From contig OY970303.1 in the NCBI GenBank assembly GCA_963716255.1, positions 3,520,001-3,584,000 of the forward strand: 64,000 nt of DNA, written 5' to 3'. The notes under the pieces are model-generated. The model worked only from the letters and a program-made list of their open reading frames with translations, had not been told where the DNA came from and searched no databases. Source of the DNA: an uncultured Gemmatimonadales bacterium (GTDB taxonomy: Bacteria; Gemmatimonadota; Gemmatimonadetes; Longimicrobiales; Longimicrobiaceae). Below, piece after piece: positions 62,825-64,000 of this stretch; position 1 is the first letter of the stretch; each line of letters begins with the position of its first letter. A program made the translations under genes and the position numbers.

Positions 62825-63985
62825 TCAAGTTTGTCGTAAAGCAATCGTGCCAACCGGGGCAAACGCCTCGGCGCCCAGCCGCCCTCCGGCCTCCGGCGCG
62901 CCCAGCTCCTCCAGGGTGAGGCGCGCCATCGCGGCGAGCGCGCGCGCCCGGGCATCCAGGTCGCCCCAGTCCACGGCCCGCTCCAGCCCGGCGGCTTCCA
63001 GGTTCGCCGCCGCGTCGCGGACGAGCGACTGGAGGACCCGGAAGGCCCCGTCGGAGAGCGGCGGGTCGCCCCGGTAGCTGCGCAGGCGTCCGTCGGCGCG
63101 AAAGCGTGGAAAGTCCTCCACCCCCAGGAAGCGGAGCACCCAGTCGGCACGGAAGCGCCCGCACGCGGACACCACCCCCGCGAAGTCCGCGATGAGCTCG
63201 TCGTGGGCGGTGTTGCGCATGGAGCCGAAGGCGCGCCGGGTGAGGTGGTGCGCGCACTCGTGCTCCAGCCGGATCGCCAGCGAGGCTTCTTCCCACTCCC
63301 CCGCGGACATCCCCATCGCCGCGGCGGGGACGCCGCTGTAGGGGCCGCGGCTCAGCAGGACGAAGCGGTCCTGGTACAGCTCCCTGTGCGGCGCCAGCGC
63401 CCGCAGCTCGACCGCCCACCCGGCGTCGTCGCCCGGGTGCGACGCCTCCCAGGCACCGCGCAGCGCGCCGACCCGGTCCCAGTTCACGTAGCCCCCCACG
63501 ATGCAGGCGCCCATGGAGCCGGGGACCGCGTCCGGCTCGTTGCGGCGGGCGAGCGCCCGTACCAGCGTGACGAAGTCGTCGCGGTGGCCGGCGACCACCA
63601 CCGGCACGCGCCCCGCCGCCGTGGGGTGCAGGAAGAGCCGCAGGCGCTCGGGGTCGCGCAGGCGCGTCCCCCCGTGGGGAGGCCAGCTCCGCTCTCCGCG
63701 CCGCGTGGCGGCGCGGTACGCGTCCGTGGCGCTGACCCCCGCCGCCACGGGGAAGCGGAGCTGCACCAGCTTTTCGCGGAGCACCGGCCAGGCGCCCCGC
63801 TCCTCCGCCTCTGCCGCGTACCCTTCCCACGCCGCCACGAACGGCTCGTCGGGGAGGGGAAAGGGACCGGGAAGCTCGTCCGGGACGCGGAACGCCGGCT
63901 CGGTGTAGGCGAGCAGCTCCTCCGTTTCCGCGGGCGTGGCCCCGTGCGCCCGGAGGACCTCCGCGCGCGCGTCGCGGCGGGTCAC
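62825..63985 (-). CDS. DUF7005-like protein with HEXXH motif
   Basis: LVQLRFPV, VNWDRV, YQDRFVLLS, LEHECAHH..DELIAD. Family name recalled, not searched. Confidence 0.6.
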   Translation of the reverse strand: MTRRDARAEVLRAHGATPAETEELLAYTEPAFRVPDELPGPFPLPDEPFVAAWEGYAAEAEERGAWPVLREKLVQLRFPVAAGVSATDAYRAATRRGERSWPPHGGTRLRDPERLRLFLHPTAAGRVPVVVAGHRDDFVTLVRALARRNEPDAVPGSMGACIVGGYVNWDRVGALRGAWEASHPGDDAGWAVELRALAPHRELYQDRFVLLSRGPYSGVPAAAMGMSAGEWEEASLAIRLEHECAHHLTRRAFGSMRNTAHDELIADFAGVVSACGRFRADWVLRFLGVEDFPRFRADGRLRSYRGDPPLSDGAFRVLQSLVRDAAANLEAAGLERAVDWGDLDARARALAAMARLTLEELGAPEAGGRLGAEAFAPVGTIALRQT

Positions 63986-64000
63986 CGGGGCCGCTCGCCG

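Noticed and set aside
62838..62853. Sigma-54 promoter upstream of the 62567 activator (minus strand TTGGCACGATTGCTTT)
   Set aside because: The -24 element is good, but the GC falls 7 nt after GG rather than the required 10.

Overview
This is very GC-rich bacterial chromosomal DNA; gene style and repeat content suggest a Gemmatimonadota/Longimicrobium-like organism (inference, not verified). About 55 CDSs are supportable. They include the 3' end of ppc, a MoxR-DUF58-transglutaminase-NUDIX cluster, an XPB-like helicase + DUF790 (Bax1-like) pair, several peptidases, infA, a cold-shock gene, rmuC, ppk1 and a complete IS5-family element. Five things stand out. (1) Two families of structured intergenic elements (A, 10 copies; B, 3 copies) share one covarying hairpin module with an A-W-A-C-N-R-C loop and mostly sit just after stop codons in sense orientation. 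(2) A low-GC defence island (~29.1-35.9 kb) has a GHKL/MORC-like ATPase coupled to an SPPY DNA methyltransferase, divergent from GmrSD, plus orphan antitoxins. (3) Two paralogous secreted six-Cys defensin-like peptides. (4) A self-contained sigma-54 module: a pseudo-receiver NtrC-like activator, NtrC-type boxes, a -24/-12 promoter and tandem S8 lipoproteases. (5) A ~296-bp MITE nested inside one family A copy. No tRNA, rRNA or CRISPR array was seen. All product calls come from motif recognition by eye; no database search was run.
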